Source: Patescibacteria group bacterium (GTDB taxonomy: Bacteria; Patescibacteriota; UBA1384; UBA12157; JAENIV01). From it: DNA of 64,000 nt. The notes under the pieces are model-generated. The model saw only the letters and a program-made list of their open reading frames with translations, did no database searches and was not told the origin of the DNA. The position numbers were made by a program, and so were the translations under genes. Below, piece after piece: positions 1 through 11,202 of this stretch; positions within the stretch are counted from its first letter, which is position 1; each line of letters begins with the position of its first letter. The stretch spans positions 735-64,734 of the forward strand of contig JBEKTP010000003.1 in assembly GCA_049515915.1 (NCBI GenBank). Direction: 5' to 3'.

Positions 1-374
1 GCAAGTAAAATTCAGAAAGAACCGTACCGCCGGTCCAATAAAAATTTTTGGTTATTTCTTTATTTTGGTTGATAAGTTCCAAAAAGTTAAGTTGTCGGGG
101 AGAGAGTATACTTTTTTCCATAAGATATATTCCAAAAATCTTTTTTTATAAGGGTCAAGTTGATCTTTTATATAAGGCCAGAGCTTTTTTAATTTTGTTC
201 GATCTAATTTTTCATTATCCAATCCAAAATTGATCATTTGTTCCATTTCCCAAATTTTAAAGACTCTTTGATTTTTTTTGAGTTGCTGTGTATCGACTGA
301 CCAATTAATCATACTGTTATTATACCTGATTTAATGATAAATTACAAACACACAGGGGGATTTAAATTATGCCT

Positions 375-1985
375 TTAATCATACTTGTTTAGAGTAGCTT
401 TAATGAACTCAATAAAAAGTGGATGAGGATCTAAAGGTCTTGATTTGAGTTCGGGGTGGAATTGGGTGGCAAGAAAGAACGGATGATCAACGATTTCAAT
501 TATCTCAACCAATTTCCCGTTTGGTGACGTGCCGGAAATAACTAGACCTTTTTCTTCTAATTTCTTTTTATATTTATTATTGACTTCATAGCGGTGGCGA
601 TGACGCTCGGAAATCGCGGATTTTTTATAAGCTTGGTAAGCTGTTGTTCCCGTTTTAAGTTTGCAAGGATAAGCGCCTAAACGCATCGTGGCGCCGTACT
701 TTGAACCTTCGAGCAATTTCTCCTGTTCAGGCATAATGTAGACGACTGGATAAGGCGTTTTAGGATCGATTTCGGTTGTATTGGCTTTACTCATTTGGCA
801 AGCGTGGCGGGCAAACTCGATGGTGGCCAGTTGCAGGCCGTAGCAAAGTCCGAGGAAAGGAATTTTCTGTTCGCGGGCGTATTTGATGGCCTGAATTTTT
901 CCTTCGACCCCGCGGCTGCCAAAGCCGCCGGGCACGACAACGCCGTCAATATCTTTCAGCATTTTTTCGGGGCCTTCTTTTTCAATTTTTTCGGCATCAA
1001 TCCAATCAATTTGAATTTTGACATTGTTGTAGACCGCGGCCGTTTTTAAAGCTTCAGTCACCGAATAATAAGTGTCTTTCATCCCCATATATTTCCCGAT
1101 TAAGCCGATGCGAACAACTTTATCAGGTAAATTCTCAAGTTTTTTTAAGAATTTGTTCCACGCTTGGCCGTTGTCTTTCTTTCCTTTAAGTTTTAATTTT
1201 TTGGCAGTAATTTTATGAAGATTAAACTTTTCCAAAACGACCGGCACTTTATAAACCGAATCGACTGTTTCCAAAGGGATAACCGCTTCTGAATCGACAC
1301 CGGTAAAGAGGGCAATTTTATTAAGGAGATTAGGATTGACTGGATGGTCGGATCGGCAAATTAAAATATCCGGTTGAATCCCCATCGCTTGAAGGTCATG
1401 GACGCTATTTTGAATTGGTTTCGACTTGAGTTCCTCGGAAGCGCCAAGGTATGGCAGAAACCCGACGTGAACGTATAAAACATTTTCCTTCCCGACATCG
1501 TATTGCATTTGACGAATGGCTTCGACAAAATGCGTGCCTTCGTAGTCGCCGATCGTGCCGCCGATTTCGGTAATTAAAACTTCGCACTGGGATTTTTTGG
1601 CGGCCGAAAATATTCTTTCTTTGACTTCATCAGTCACATGCGGAATCATCTGGATGGTTTTACCGAGGTACTGGCCACCACGCTCTTTTTCCAAAACCGC
1701 TTGATAAATTTGGCCGGACATCACCGAAGAAGTTCGATTGAGACTTTTATTTAAAAATCTTTCGTAATGACCCAAATCTAAATCGGTTTCGGCACCGTCG
1801 TCTAAAACAAAACATTCGCCGTGCTCGTTGGGGTTTAATGTGCCGGCGTCGACATTGAGATACTGATCGAATTTTTGCATCCAAACTTTGAAACCTTGAG
1901 CTTGTAAAATATTGCCGATCGAAGCGGCGGTAATGCCTTTGCCCAAACCCGATAAAACTCCACCCGTGACGAAGATGAATTTCAT
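375..1985 (-). CDS. pyrG: CTP synthase
   Basis: 536-aa ORF. N-terminal MKFIFVTGGVLSGLGKGI P-loop-like synthetase domain and C-terminal GATase domain (GLCYGLQ). Full-length match to the PyrG family. Confidence 0.95.
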   Translation of the reverse strand: MKFIFVTGGVLSGLGKGITAASIGNILQAQGFKVWMQKFDQYLNVDAGTLNPNEHGECFVLDDGAETDLDLGHYERFLNKSLNRTSSVMSGQIYQAVLEKERGGQYLGKTIQMIPHVTDEVKERIFSAAKKSQCEVLITEIGGTIGDYEGTHFVEAIRQMQYDVGKENVLYVHVGFLPYLGASEELKSKPIQNSVHDLQAMGIQPDILICRSDHPVNPNLLNKIALFTGVDSEAVIPLETVDSVYKVPVVLEKFNLHKITAKKLKLKGKKDNGQAWNKFLKKLENLPDKVVRIGLIGKYMGMKDTYYSVTEALKTAAVYNNVKIQIDWIDAEKIEKEGPEKMLKDIDGVVVPGGFGSRGVEGKIQAIKYAREQKIPFLGLCYGLQLATIEFARHACQMSKANTTEIDPKTPYPVVYIMPEQEKLLEGSKYGATMRLGAYPCKLKTGTTAYQAYKKSAISERHRHRYEVNNKYKKKLEEKGLVISGTSPNGKLVEIIEIVDHPFFLATQFHPELKSRPLDPHPLFIEFIKATLNKYD

Positions 1986-2077
1986 TGAGAACTTTTCTAG
2001 CCCTCATTAATTTAGCAACAACTTGCGAAAGTTGTCAAATTGTTAAGAAAAATTATACTATAAAAATAGGAGGATTG

Positions 2078-3478
2078 ATGAATATCAAATTTGGCACTGA
2101 CGGTTGGCGAGGAATTATCGATAAGGACTTCGATGAAGAAAATGTTAAGCTGGCGACGCAGGCGATCGCAAAGTTTTTTATTGATAATGGCAAAAAAAGT
2201 GTTGTTATCGGGTACGACGGCCGCCGCAAGGCGGATATTTTTGCGAACACCGTGGCCGAAGTAATGGCCGGCAATGGTATCAAAGTTTATTTAGTTGATA
2301 AACCCTGTCCTTCGCCAGTGGCTGGTTATGCTGTCATCGATAAGGGTGCGGACGGTGGTATAATGCTGACGGCCTCGCACAATCCGCCGGAGTTTTTGGG
2401 TCTCAAGTATATTACTGAAAAAGTGATGGTCGCACCGACGGAAGTGACCGATCAATTTATTAAGAATTTGGAAGATTTAGAACTGGCTGATGTTAAATTG
2501 GGCGACAAAATTGAAATTTTTGATCCGAAGCCGGCCTATGTGGTTAAAATCAAGAGTTTAGTTGATATCGAGAAAATTAAAAATTTCGAGCTTAAAGTTT
2601 TATTGAATCCGATGAACGGTGCCGGCGTGGGATATTTGGAGGAAATGCTTAAGGGTGGAAAAATTCAGATTGAAACGATTAATAACGAAGTTAAACCGGA
2701 TTTTGGCGGAAAACATCCCGAGCCGATTGTTGAGAAGAATGTCACCGATGCCATCGAAAAAATGAAAAGCGACAATTTTGATGTCTGCCTTTCTTCTGAC
2801 GGCGACGCTGATCGAATTGGTTTAATTGATGAAAATGGCAAAATGATTACCTCACTCGAAGGCTCTTTGCTTTTGGTTTATTATCTGGTCGTGGTTAAAG
2901 GTCAAAAAGGACCGATTGTCGAAACCTTGTCCAACACGGTGATGGGGGAAAATCTATGCAAAAAATATAACCTAGATTTTTATGAAGTCAAAGTCGGTTT
3001 TAAATATGTCGGCGAAAAAATGGCCGAAGTGGGGGCGATCTGGGGTGGGGAAGAATCTGGTGGCTCGGCAATTAAAGATTTTATTCCTTATCGCGACGCT
3101 CAACTGATGAATTTATTGATTTTGGATTTGATGGTAGAAAAACAAAGGCCGATTTCGGAAATTTTAGAAATCGCTAAAAAAGAAGCGGGCGGCGGTTATC
3201 AATTCCGTCGTGAAGATGTCCATTTCGAGTACGATCAATATGAAAAAATTAAAAACACTCAAGCGGCTGAACTGACCAAAAACCCGCCGAAAGAAGTTTT
3301 AGGCCGGAAAGTCGCCCGAACCCGGGACGATGACGGCTTAAAAATATATTTTGAAGACGGTTCCTGGCTCTTGATTCGCTTTTCAGGTACGGAGCCGGTG
3401 TTAAGACTCTATGCGGAAGCCAAAACAATGACTGAGGTTGATAAATTTATCAATTATGCCAAAGAATATTTTGGTTAG
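2078..3478 (+). CDS. phosphoglucomutase/phosphomannomutase family protein
   Basis: GTDGWRG motif and TASHNPPEF active-site serine loop. Start chosen at ATG 2078, preceded by AGGAGG 5 nt upstream. Upstream TTGTCA-16-TATACT promoter at about 2031-2058. Confidence 0.85.
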   Translation: MNIKFGTDGWRGIIDKDFDEENVKLATQAIAKFFIDNGKKSVVIGYDGRRKADIFANTVAEVMAGNGIKVYLVDKPCPSPVAGYAVIDKGADGGIMLTASHNPPEFLGLKYITEKVMVAPTEVTDQFIKNLEDLELADVKLGDKIEIFDPKPAYVVKIKSLVDIEKIKNFELKVLLNPMNGAGVGYLEEMLKGGKIQIETINNEVKPDFGGKHPEPIVEKNVTDAIEKMKSDNFDVCLSSDGDADRIGLIDENGKMITSLEGSLLLVYYLVVVKGQKGPIVETLSNTVMGENLCKKYNLDFYEVKVGFKYVGEKMAEVGAIWGGEESGGSAIKDFIPYRDAQLMNLLILDLMVEKQRPISEILEIAKKEAGGGYQFRREDVHFEYDQYEKIKNTQAAELTKNPPKEVLGRKVARTRDDDGLKIYFEDGSWLLIRFSGTEPVLRLYAEAKTMTEVDKFINYAKEYFG

Positions 3479-3499
3479 TAATTGTTCTCTCTAAAAAAA

Positions 3500-3535
3500 G
3501 AGAGGCGCCGCGCGCTGGGGGAGCGCGGCGCCTCG
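3500..3535. terminator. 12-bp GC hairpin (GAGGCGCCGCGC...GCGCGGCGCCTC)
   Basis: Perfect 12-bp stem. A-run on the plus-strand 5' side, which is a U-run for the minus-strand transcript. Likely terminates the minus-strand small-peptide operon and possibly the phosphoglucomutase-family gene. Confidence 0.5.
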
Positions 3536-3584
3536 TAGCCAAGTTCGAGGCGGACAGCCACTTGGCTACAGCGAGATCGTTTGT

Positions 3585-3791
3585 CTAGGTGGAGACCAAA
3601 CCTCCATCCTTGCTTTGGGATAGGGTCTGGTCGGGATGCGGGCTTTTTCCCGCGTCCATCTCAGCGAGGAGTTCCGCGGTGGTCGTCTTGGACATCTTGG
3701 CGACGAAGGCCATGTCAATTCCTGGTTTCAAACATCGCTCTTCGTAGGACTTGACCTTGGCCTCTTGGGCCGGCGGGAGAGCGTCTCGCAT
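3585..3791 (-). CDS. hypothetical 68-aa protein (GC-rich cassette)
   Basis: ORF with GGGGGTGAGAG upstream of the ATG. Third gene of a minus-strand small-ORF operon. Confidence 0.4.
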   Translation of the reverse strand: MRDALPPAQEAKVKSYEERCLKPGIDMAFVAKMSKTTTAELLAEMDAGKSPHPDQTLSQSKDGGLVST

Positions 3792-3794
3792 CTC

Positions 3795-3914
3795 TCACCC
3801 CCTTTCTTTCCGTGGTGCTCTGGCGCTGATCGCCATAAAGAGGAAAAGGAACATCGGTCCTCCAATGGCAAAGGCTCCAAAAGCCCAACGAATCACCACA
3901 GCGAGTCCGTTCAT
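3795..3914 (-). CDS. 39-aa hydrophobic peptide (MNGLAVVIRWAFGAFAIGGPMFLFLFMAISARAPRKERG)
   Basis: Hand-translated, below the ORF-track cutoff. GGAAAGGAAAGG immediately upstream of the ATG. Single predicted TM helix. Stop lies 3 nt before the start of the 68-aa ORF. Confidence 0.35.
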   Translation of the reverse strand: MNGLAVVIRWAFGAFAIGGPMFLFLFMAISARAPRKERG

Positions 3915-4092
3915 CGGCCTTTCCTTTCCGCTGTTGGCTACATCTCTATCGGGTGTAGTGCGATGAGGCACTTGTTCACATCACCCGGATGATCCGTAAG
4001 AAACAGACAGTCACACAGGCGATGCCAATCACCAGACGATATCCTCTCTCAATGAGAGGATTGGATCTGAACCAAAACTTGCTGAAGATCGC

Positions 4093-4164
4093 TTACAGGA
4101 TCAGGAAAATCCCGCAAAGAGCGCAGAAAAGCGTCAGTCCGACAGAATAGACCGTTGGCCACAT
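4093..4164 (-). CDS. 23-aa hydrophobic peptide (MWPTVYSVGLTLFCALCGIFLIL)
   Basis: Hand-translated. GGAGG 7 nt upstream of the ATG. TTGAAC-16/17-TATAAT promoter at about 4225-4252 (minus strand) in host-like AT-rich DNA directly upstream. Confidence 0.3.
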   Translation of the reverse strand: MWPTVYSVGLTLFCALCGIFLIL

Positions 4165-4275
4165 CGTCACGACCTCCGAAAGTTGAATTGTGAGGTAGCC
4201 CCTCAATTCTATTATGGCTCGCAAGGAATTATAAATACAAGAGATTGGAGTTCAAAAATAGATTCTTATTAATTC

Positions 4276-5244
4276 TTATATTATCAAACCCATTTTTTCT
4301 TTAACATCAGTAATGGTTTTTTGGGCGGCGGGAGCCAGTTTCAGAGCGCCGTCTTTAAGGATTTTCTTGATATCTTCGTCAGAAATTTCTTGGCGCTTCT
4401 TTTGAATCGGCTCGAGTTCTTTAATGATCGCTTCGGCGAGAGCGGGTTTAAACTCCGAATATTTAATCGTGCCGGCTTGGCGCTCTTTCATATATTTTCC
4501 TTCAGCTTCATGGCCGGCAAAAATTCCTATCAGCCCGATCAGGTTTTTGGTTCCTTCGGAAATCTCCTCACCTTGGCCAGTGTCGGTGGTTGCGGCCGCA
4601 ATTTTTTGGCGAATAATATCTGGACTATCAGAAAGCGCGATGTAGGTTCCCGGCGTATTTGATTTACTCATCTTACCTTTACCGTCGAGGCCGATGATTC
4701 TTTTCGTTTCTGTCAATATGGGTTTTGGTTCGATGAAAGTTTGGCCAAATTTGGAATTGAATCGCCGGGCCAAATCGCGGGCGAGCTCGATATGCTGGGT
4801 TTGGTCTTCACCGACAGGTACCCCTTCACCGCCATAAATTAAAATATCCGCCGCCATTAAAATAGGGTAATCGAAAAGACCCATCAATTGTTCGTGTTTT
4901 CCATGCTTTGCAGATTTTTCTTTAAACTGGGTCATCCGATTAAGTTCCCCCATCGTGGTAATTGTATTTAAGAGCCATGCCAATTCGGTGTGTTCGGGGC
5001 GGTCGGATTGCAAAAATAAGATCGATTTGGCTGGATCAATGCCCACGGCCAAAAGGTCTTTGGCGGCATTTAAAATTCGCGCGGGCATTTCTTTCGGATC
5101 GTAGTCAACGGTAATGGCATGGTAATCGACGACCCCAAAAATACATTCATTGTCATCTTGAAGAGCGACCCAGTTTTTCATGGCACCTAAATAATTGCCA
5201 ATATGAAACTCGCCCGAAGGCTGGATGCCGGAAAAAATTTTCAT
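4276..5244 (-). CDS. trpS: tryptophan--tRNA ligase
   Basis: HIGN (HIGH-type) motif in FSGIQPSGEFHIGNYLG, and KMSKS. Start set at MKIFSG (GGAGG upstream), not the longer ORF-track start. Confidence 0.9.
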   Translation of the reverse strand: MKIFSGIQPSGEFHIGNYLGAMKNWVALQDDNECIFGVVDYHAITVDYDPKEMPARILNAAKDLLAVGIDPAKSILFLQSDRPEHTELAWLLNTITTMGELNRMTQFKEKSAKHGKHEQLMGLFDYPILMAADILIYGGEGVPVGEDQTQHIELARDLARRFNSKFGQTFIEPKPILTETKRIIGLDGKGKMSKSNTPGTYIALSDSPDIIRQKIAAATTDTGQGEEISEGTKNLIGLIGIFAGHEAEGKYMKERQAGTIKYSEFKPALAEAIIKELEPIQKKRQEISDEDIKKILKDGALKLAPAAQKTITDVKEKMGLII

Positions 5245-5329
5245 AAAAAACCTCCAATATCGTTTATTTAATATTATCACAGGTGTGCTACGATACAAGC
5301 GAAAAATAATTTAAAATTTAAATCTCAAA

Positions 5330-6001
5330 ATGCAAAATGACAATGTAAAATTAAAAATTCAGAGTAAATATATGAAACGGGCTCGAATTATCGCTTTTTT
5401 ATTATCGATTGTGCCATTTACGCGGATGGTGGCGCTTGATGGCTCGTTGGCAAGAGGGGAGGCGACGGAAAAGTCGGATATTGATTTTTTTATTGTCTTA
5501 AAAACCGGCCGGATTTGGACCGGCCGGATTCTTGTCACTGCTCTAGTTCATCTCACTGGTCTTCGCCGCGCTGGCCAAAAAATCGCCGGCCGAATCTGTT
5601 TAAATCGCTACCAGACTGAGGATTTTTTGCTGATCAGGCCCAAGAACAAAAAAAACGCTTTGGATTATCGCCACTTTCGAGTGTTTTGGGGAAGTGCGAA
5701 ACTGCGAGCGCGTTTTTTTGACTTAAATAGCTGGATTCCGAAGAAAGGATACACCTTTACAAACAAAAATCGAAAACTGACATTTTGGGAGAAAGTATTG
5801 TTGATAATATCTTGGCCTTTTCAACGATTTTTCGAAATAATTTATGACGTTCTTTTTGGTGAACCAGGCGAAAAATATTTACGAAACTTTCAAATTAAGC
5901 GGATTTTAAAAGATCCGCGGACTCAACAATCATCAAATGAGCAAATTTTAATTTCCGATTACGAGCTTCGTTTTCACCCGCCAAAGGTATCGAGGGATTG
6001 A
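5330..6001 (+). CDS. nucleotidyltransferase-domain protein (pol-beta-like NTase fold)
   Basis: GSLARGEATEKSDIDFFIV motif (GS...D.D). Start uncertain; Met at 5372 (MKRARII) is also possible. Confidence 0.5.
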   Translation: MQNDNVKLKIQSKYMKRARIIAFLLSIVPFTRMVALDGSLARGEATEKSDIDFFIVLKTGRIWTGRILVTALVHLTGLRRAGQKIAGRICLNRYQTEDFLLIRPKNKKNALDYRHFRVFWGSAKLRARFFDLNSWIPKKGYTFTNKNRKLTFWEKVLLIISWPFQRFFEIIYDVLFGEPGEKYLRNFQIKRILKDPRTQQSSNEQILISDYELRFHPPKVSRD

Positions 6002-6036
6002 TTTTTCCGTTCTCTCTATGATATAGTTTCTAAGTT

Positions 6037-6924
6037 ATGACAAGGTTAGAGAAATCGATCTTAAAAACATTAGCTTTTTTTGATTTAAACCAAAGAGCAC
6101 TTGAGCTGGACGAAATTTGGCAATTTTTGTATCGAACTCGAGCAAGCAAGATTCAGGTTTTAATTGGTTTGCAGAATTTAGAAAAAAATGGCAAAATTTC
6201 GAAAAAAAATGAAAAATATTTTTTGGCCGGGCGAGGCAGAGTCGTGGTCGCTGAACCCGAAAAAGAAAAACTTTTGGTCGAGCGCTGGAAAAAAGTGGAG
6301 CGGTTCTCAAAAATTTTCCGTCACCTTCCGTTCGTCCAAAACGTCTCGGTGATTGGCTCGCTTGCGACGGGTGCTTCAAGTGAAGGATCGGATATTAACT
6401 TATTTATTATCGCTCGAAAACATCGGACGTGGCTAGCGAAAATCTTCGTGATGATCACCTTGGAAATTTTTGGGCAAAATAAAAATCGCTGGTACCGCGC
6501 GGGCAAGTTCTCGGTTGATTACGTTTTAGATGAGGGAGATCTTGATTTAGCCAAGCGCCAATTCAAAAAAGATAATTATTCAACTTACGCTCTGGCTAAT
6601 CTTACCCCGGTTTTGGACCGGGGTGGTTATAAAAAACTTCTGGCCGCTAACCTTTGGATTCAGCGCGAATTTCCCAATTGGCAAATTAAAGAAGTCAATT
6701 CGACCTCTTCTTGTTATACACCTTTAGAGAAGTTTATTTTAAGTAAATTCGGCCAGGCGGTCTGGGACTTAATTAAAAAGCTTAAACGAGTCAAAATTTG
6801 GTGGGATTACTTCAAAAATAAATCCCACGAGGCGGAACAAAAGTTAATTAAGTATCGAATCGAAGTTAAAAGGAGAGAATACCATCATAAGTGGCACAAA
6901 ATAGTTGAAAAAATTGTCCGTTAA
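6037..6924 (+). CDS. nucleotidyltransferase-domain protein with N-terminal winged-helix-like region (paralog of previous)
   Basis: GSLATGASSEGSDINLFII motif, same architecture as 5330-6001. Tandem paralogs. Confidence 0.5.
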   Translation: MTRLEKSILKTLAFFDLNQRALELDEIWQFLYRTRASKIQVLIGLQNLEKNGKISKKNEKYFLAGRGRVVVAEPEKEKLLVERWKKVERFSKIFRHLPFVQNVSVIGSLATGASSEGSDINLFIIARKHRTWLAKIFVMITLEIFGQNKNRWYRAGKFSVDYVLDEGDLDLAKRQFKKDNYSTYALANLTPVLDRGGYKKLLAANLWIQREFPNWQIKEVNSTSSCYTPLEKFILSKFGQAVWDLIKKLKRVKIWWDYFKNKSHEAEQKLIKYRIEVKRREYHHKWHKIVEKIVR

Positions 6925-7190
6925 TAACCAAAATTTGGCCCTTGACAAAAACAATGCCTATTCTACAATGGGTAATGATGGAAGTAGGTTATCCCCCTTC
7001 CTGCTTCCATCGCTAAAGAAACTTCATCAATGACTTGAAGTTTTTTTAGATCTTTGATAAAATAAAATGCTGTAAAGTATAGCCTCGGGTCGCCCTGTTT
7101 GCTCAGGGGCATTTCCTCGGCTAAAAAATATTTTTGAAGATTAAAGAGCAAGCAAATTAGAAATTTAAAATTTAATTTTTTGGAGGTAAT

Positions 7191-7478
7191 ATGAAAATTA
7201 AACCTTTAGCCGATCGCGTGGTGCTTAAACCACAAGAAGAAGAATCCAAAACAAAATCCGGCATTATTATTCCCGACACGGCCAAAGAAAAATCTCAGAA
7301 GGGAAAAGTCTTATCGGTCGGTCCAGGTAAATTTAGCAAAGGCGAAATCGTTCCTTTGACGGTCAAAGTTGGCGATATCGTTTTGTATAAGGAATACGGC
7401 GGCGAGGAAATTAAAATGGACGGCGAAGATGTCGTCATTATTAAAGAAGAAGATATCCTGGCGATTATCGAAGGATAA
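7191..7478 (+). CDS. groES: co-chaperonin GroES
   Basis: 95 aa, [14 protein letters not shown]...[11 protein letters not shown]...VGDIVLY, classic Cpn10. Confidence 0.92.
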   Translation: MKIKPLADRVVLKPQEEESKTKSGIIIPDTAKEKSQKGKVLSVGPGKFSKGEIVPLTVKVGDIVLYKEYGGEEIKMDGEDVVIIKEEDILAIIEG

Positions 7479-7549
7479 TCACCCAATCTAATTAATAAAA
7501 TCCAAATTCCAAATAATTTAAAATTGGAGCTTTGGACTTTGGAATTTAA

Positions 7550-9199
<1,650 letters not shown>

Positions 9200-9320
9200 G
9201 CAGGAGACTTACAAATCTCAAAATTTAGGTAAAAAACACTATAAAAGAAGACCCTTCTGAGCTTGCTTTGGGCGGCTTGCCCTGAGCGTAGTCGAAGGGT
9301 TTTCTTTTGATTAGAAAAAG

Positions 9321-9382
9321 GGCGGCCAGCTGCGTTGCAGCTGGCCGCCTGTAGTCCGTGCATCGCACGGACGGGGACCTCA
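9321..9382. repeat. double-hairpin element, family A copy 1
   Basis: GGCGGCCAGCTGC-gtt-GCAGCTGGCCGCC (13-bp stem), then GTCCGTGC-atc-GCACGGAC, then GGGGACCTCA. Near-identical copy at 11203-11269. On the minus strand it is followed by a T-run, so it looks like an intrinsic terminator. Confidence 0.7.
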
Positions 9383-9462
9383 AGTTCGTAGTTCAGCTCG
9401 ACCGAAATCTTGACATCATGGTTTGGCCGAGGCTGTACTGTGCACGGCGTGATACTACTACG

Positions 9463-10242
9463 TTATCGCTCTGGCCCTTGTAACGTATCGCTCCTGAAGT
9501 GCCTTCTCATCGGTGGAACGAACGGCGGCGAGTAGCTGACCGAGACAAAAACTCTTTTTTGCTCGGCCAACAGCGCCTTGATCGCTTGATCGATCACTTC
9601 CACGTTCTCCGTGAGGTTCTCTATGAGAATCTTGCGGATGGCACGTTCCAGATCCTCGCACATGGAATCAAAGCCTGTTGGAGAGAAATCGTAATCGGTG
9701 GCCTTGATGAAAAACGATGCCTCCGCTCTTCGGTCCATGGAGTCTTTCGCTTCGATTCCACTGATGGTTCTGGCGGTGGAATAGAAGATGTGACCCTTTA
9801 GTCGCCAGATCCAGCTGCCACAGAAAGGCCAGTGGGTCTTCTTACCGATCCAGATGCCGACGATCTCTTTGCCTTTCTGGGCCACCTCGCGGGCTTTGAA
9901 TAATTCATCGAGCTCGTCGATGAACTGTCTCTTGTATCCCAGGTAGGCGATATTCACGCACAGGGCACACACGATCATCGCCACAATCCACATAATCACT
10001 CGCGTTGTAATAATCGGATGGTTGTAGTGGGCGGCGAGGATAGCCGCGGCAAGCACGGCCAGTGAGCCCAAGATAGTCCAAGCGCCGATTGAACGATCGT
10101 ATTTCTTGGACCGCTCGTTGATATGCGGGTACTCACGGTACCACTCGATCACGTTACCCCACCGGAGTGGGAGAGAGCCTGTCGAGCCAAGAGTGACGAT
10201 CGTCAGAACTACCTCAATCACGTCTATCAGCTTTTCCGGCAT
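9463..10242 (-). CDS. hypothetical membrane protein (about 3 TM N-terminal, about 150-aa soluble C-terminal domain), GC-rich cassette
   Basis: Start set at MPEKLIDV with AAAAGGAG upstream. Own TTGACA-17-TATATAAT promoter at about 10317-10348 (minus strand). Confidence 0.6.
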   Translation of the reverse strand: MPEKLIDVIEVVLTIVTLGSTGSLPLRWGNVIEWYREYPHINERSKKYDRSIGAWTILGSLAVLAAAILAAHYNHPIITTRVIMWIVAMIVCALCVNIAYLGYKRQFIDELDELFKAREVAQKGKEIVGIWIGKKTHWPFCGSWIWRLKGHIFYSTARTISGIEAKDSMDRRAEASFFIKATDYDFSPTGFDSMCEDLERAIRKILIENLTENVEVIDQAIKALLAEQKRVFVSVSYSPPFVPPMRRHFRSDTLQGPER

Positions 10243-10316
10243 TTGCGGCTCCTTTTGCCAGCAATCGGTTGGATTGTGGGGCATTGGCCCCACCGATTGC
10301 CGAGGCATTCGATTGT

Positions 10317-10348
10317 ATTATATAAGAGTTCTCAAGTCAATTGTCAAC
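10317..10348 (-). promoter_or_regulatory. sigma70-like promoter (TTGACA-17-TATATAAT) for 9463-10242
   Basis: Read on the minus strand. Preceded by the GGCCCGCCACCCGGCGGGCC hairpin that terminates the upstream gene. Confidence 0.5.
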
Positions 10349-10408
10349 AAAGTTAATAAGATGAAGGCCCGCCGGGTGGCGGGCCGAGAAGTCATGATAG
10401 TCGATGAA

Positions 10409-11083
10409 CTATCGGTGGAGGATCTTCGGCGCGGACATAATCCGCTTGGCTGCTTCGCCCGCGCGGTCGCTGGGTTCACCGAGCTGTTCTTTCACTGCGT
10501 CGTTGTAGAGAGATTCTGTAATCGCGAGCAGAGCATAGTGCGCTTCCGCGAGCGACTCATCGCGCGAAAAGGTATCGTCTGCGCGGATTCTCGGGATGAT
10601 CAACTCAATCTCGCCACGGTTGAAGAAGAAGCCCCATACGGGAGTGATCCCGAAGCCCGCCAGTTCGATACTGGTTGGGTAGAATTCGCCAAGGTGCTTT
10701 TTCATCCCGGGGCACTTGGCGAAAGCTTCTTTACCCAGCTCGTGATAGATCGTCGCCATCGCCCAGACGGCTGCCAGGTCAGTGAACGTCCGTGTGTGAA
10801 ACTGGGCGCTCATTGTTCTTTCGCCCTCAACTTTGACAGCGCGGAGTTGACCTTGGCTATGTTCTCCGCGGATCAGCGCCCCGTGGTGATAGTAGTCAAA
10901 CAACAGGATTGTTCGGGGGCTTAAGGGGATACTCTTACCGCGCGGAGGGGTTCCATCGAAACGGGCCAGCTGGAGGCCGAATTCCGCTGATTCGAGTTGA
11001 CCGATATCGATGTTGTCATCACTGGGCGAGAAGTCGGGCAATCGAAACCGGTTAATCTCGACGACAAGAAGCGTATGTCTCAT
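10409..11083 (-). CDS. hypothetical 224-aa protein (GC-rich cassette)
   Basis: AAAGAGGAAG RBS. TTGACA-16-TATATT promoter (minus strand) at about 11140-11175. No recognisable domain. Confidence 0.5.
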   Translation of the reverse strand: MRHTLLVVEINRFRLPDFSPSDDNIDIGQLESAEFGLQLARFDGTPPRGKSIPLSPRTILLFDYYHHGALIRGEHSQGQLRAVKVEGERTMSAQFHTRTFTDLAAVWAMATIYHELGKEAFAKCPGMKKHLGEFYPTSIELAGFGITPVWGFFFNRGEIELIIPRIRADDTFSRDESLAEAHYALLAITESLYNDAVKEQLGEPSDRAGEAAKRIMSAPKILHR

Positions 11084-11202
11084 CTTCTTCCTCTTTCGGG
11101 CGAGGTGCCCACGGTGTATTCCGGTCAGAGCCGGTAGCTAAAATATATTTTAAAATGAGAATTTGTCAACAAAAAACAGATTTTTTCTCTTAGATAAGAG
11201 AA

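Noticed and set aside
2053-2283. 76-aa minus-strand ORF
   Set aside because: It is fully inside and antisense to the phosphoglucomutase-family gene.
6963-7151. 62-aa minus-strand ORF between the nucleotidyltransferase and groES genes
   Set aside because: It has no RBS and no recognisable features. It is more likely the groES upstream regulatory region.
10106-10924. 272-aa plus-strand ORF spanning two minus-strand cassette genes
   Set aside because: It has no RBS or promoter and crosses the intergenic promoter and terminator of the minus-strand genes. It is typical of spurious antisense ORFs in GC-rich sequence. The same applies to 11163-11501, 11240-11872, 27299-27652, 27689-28141, 28548-29073 and 28893-29291.
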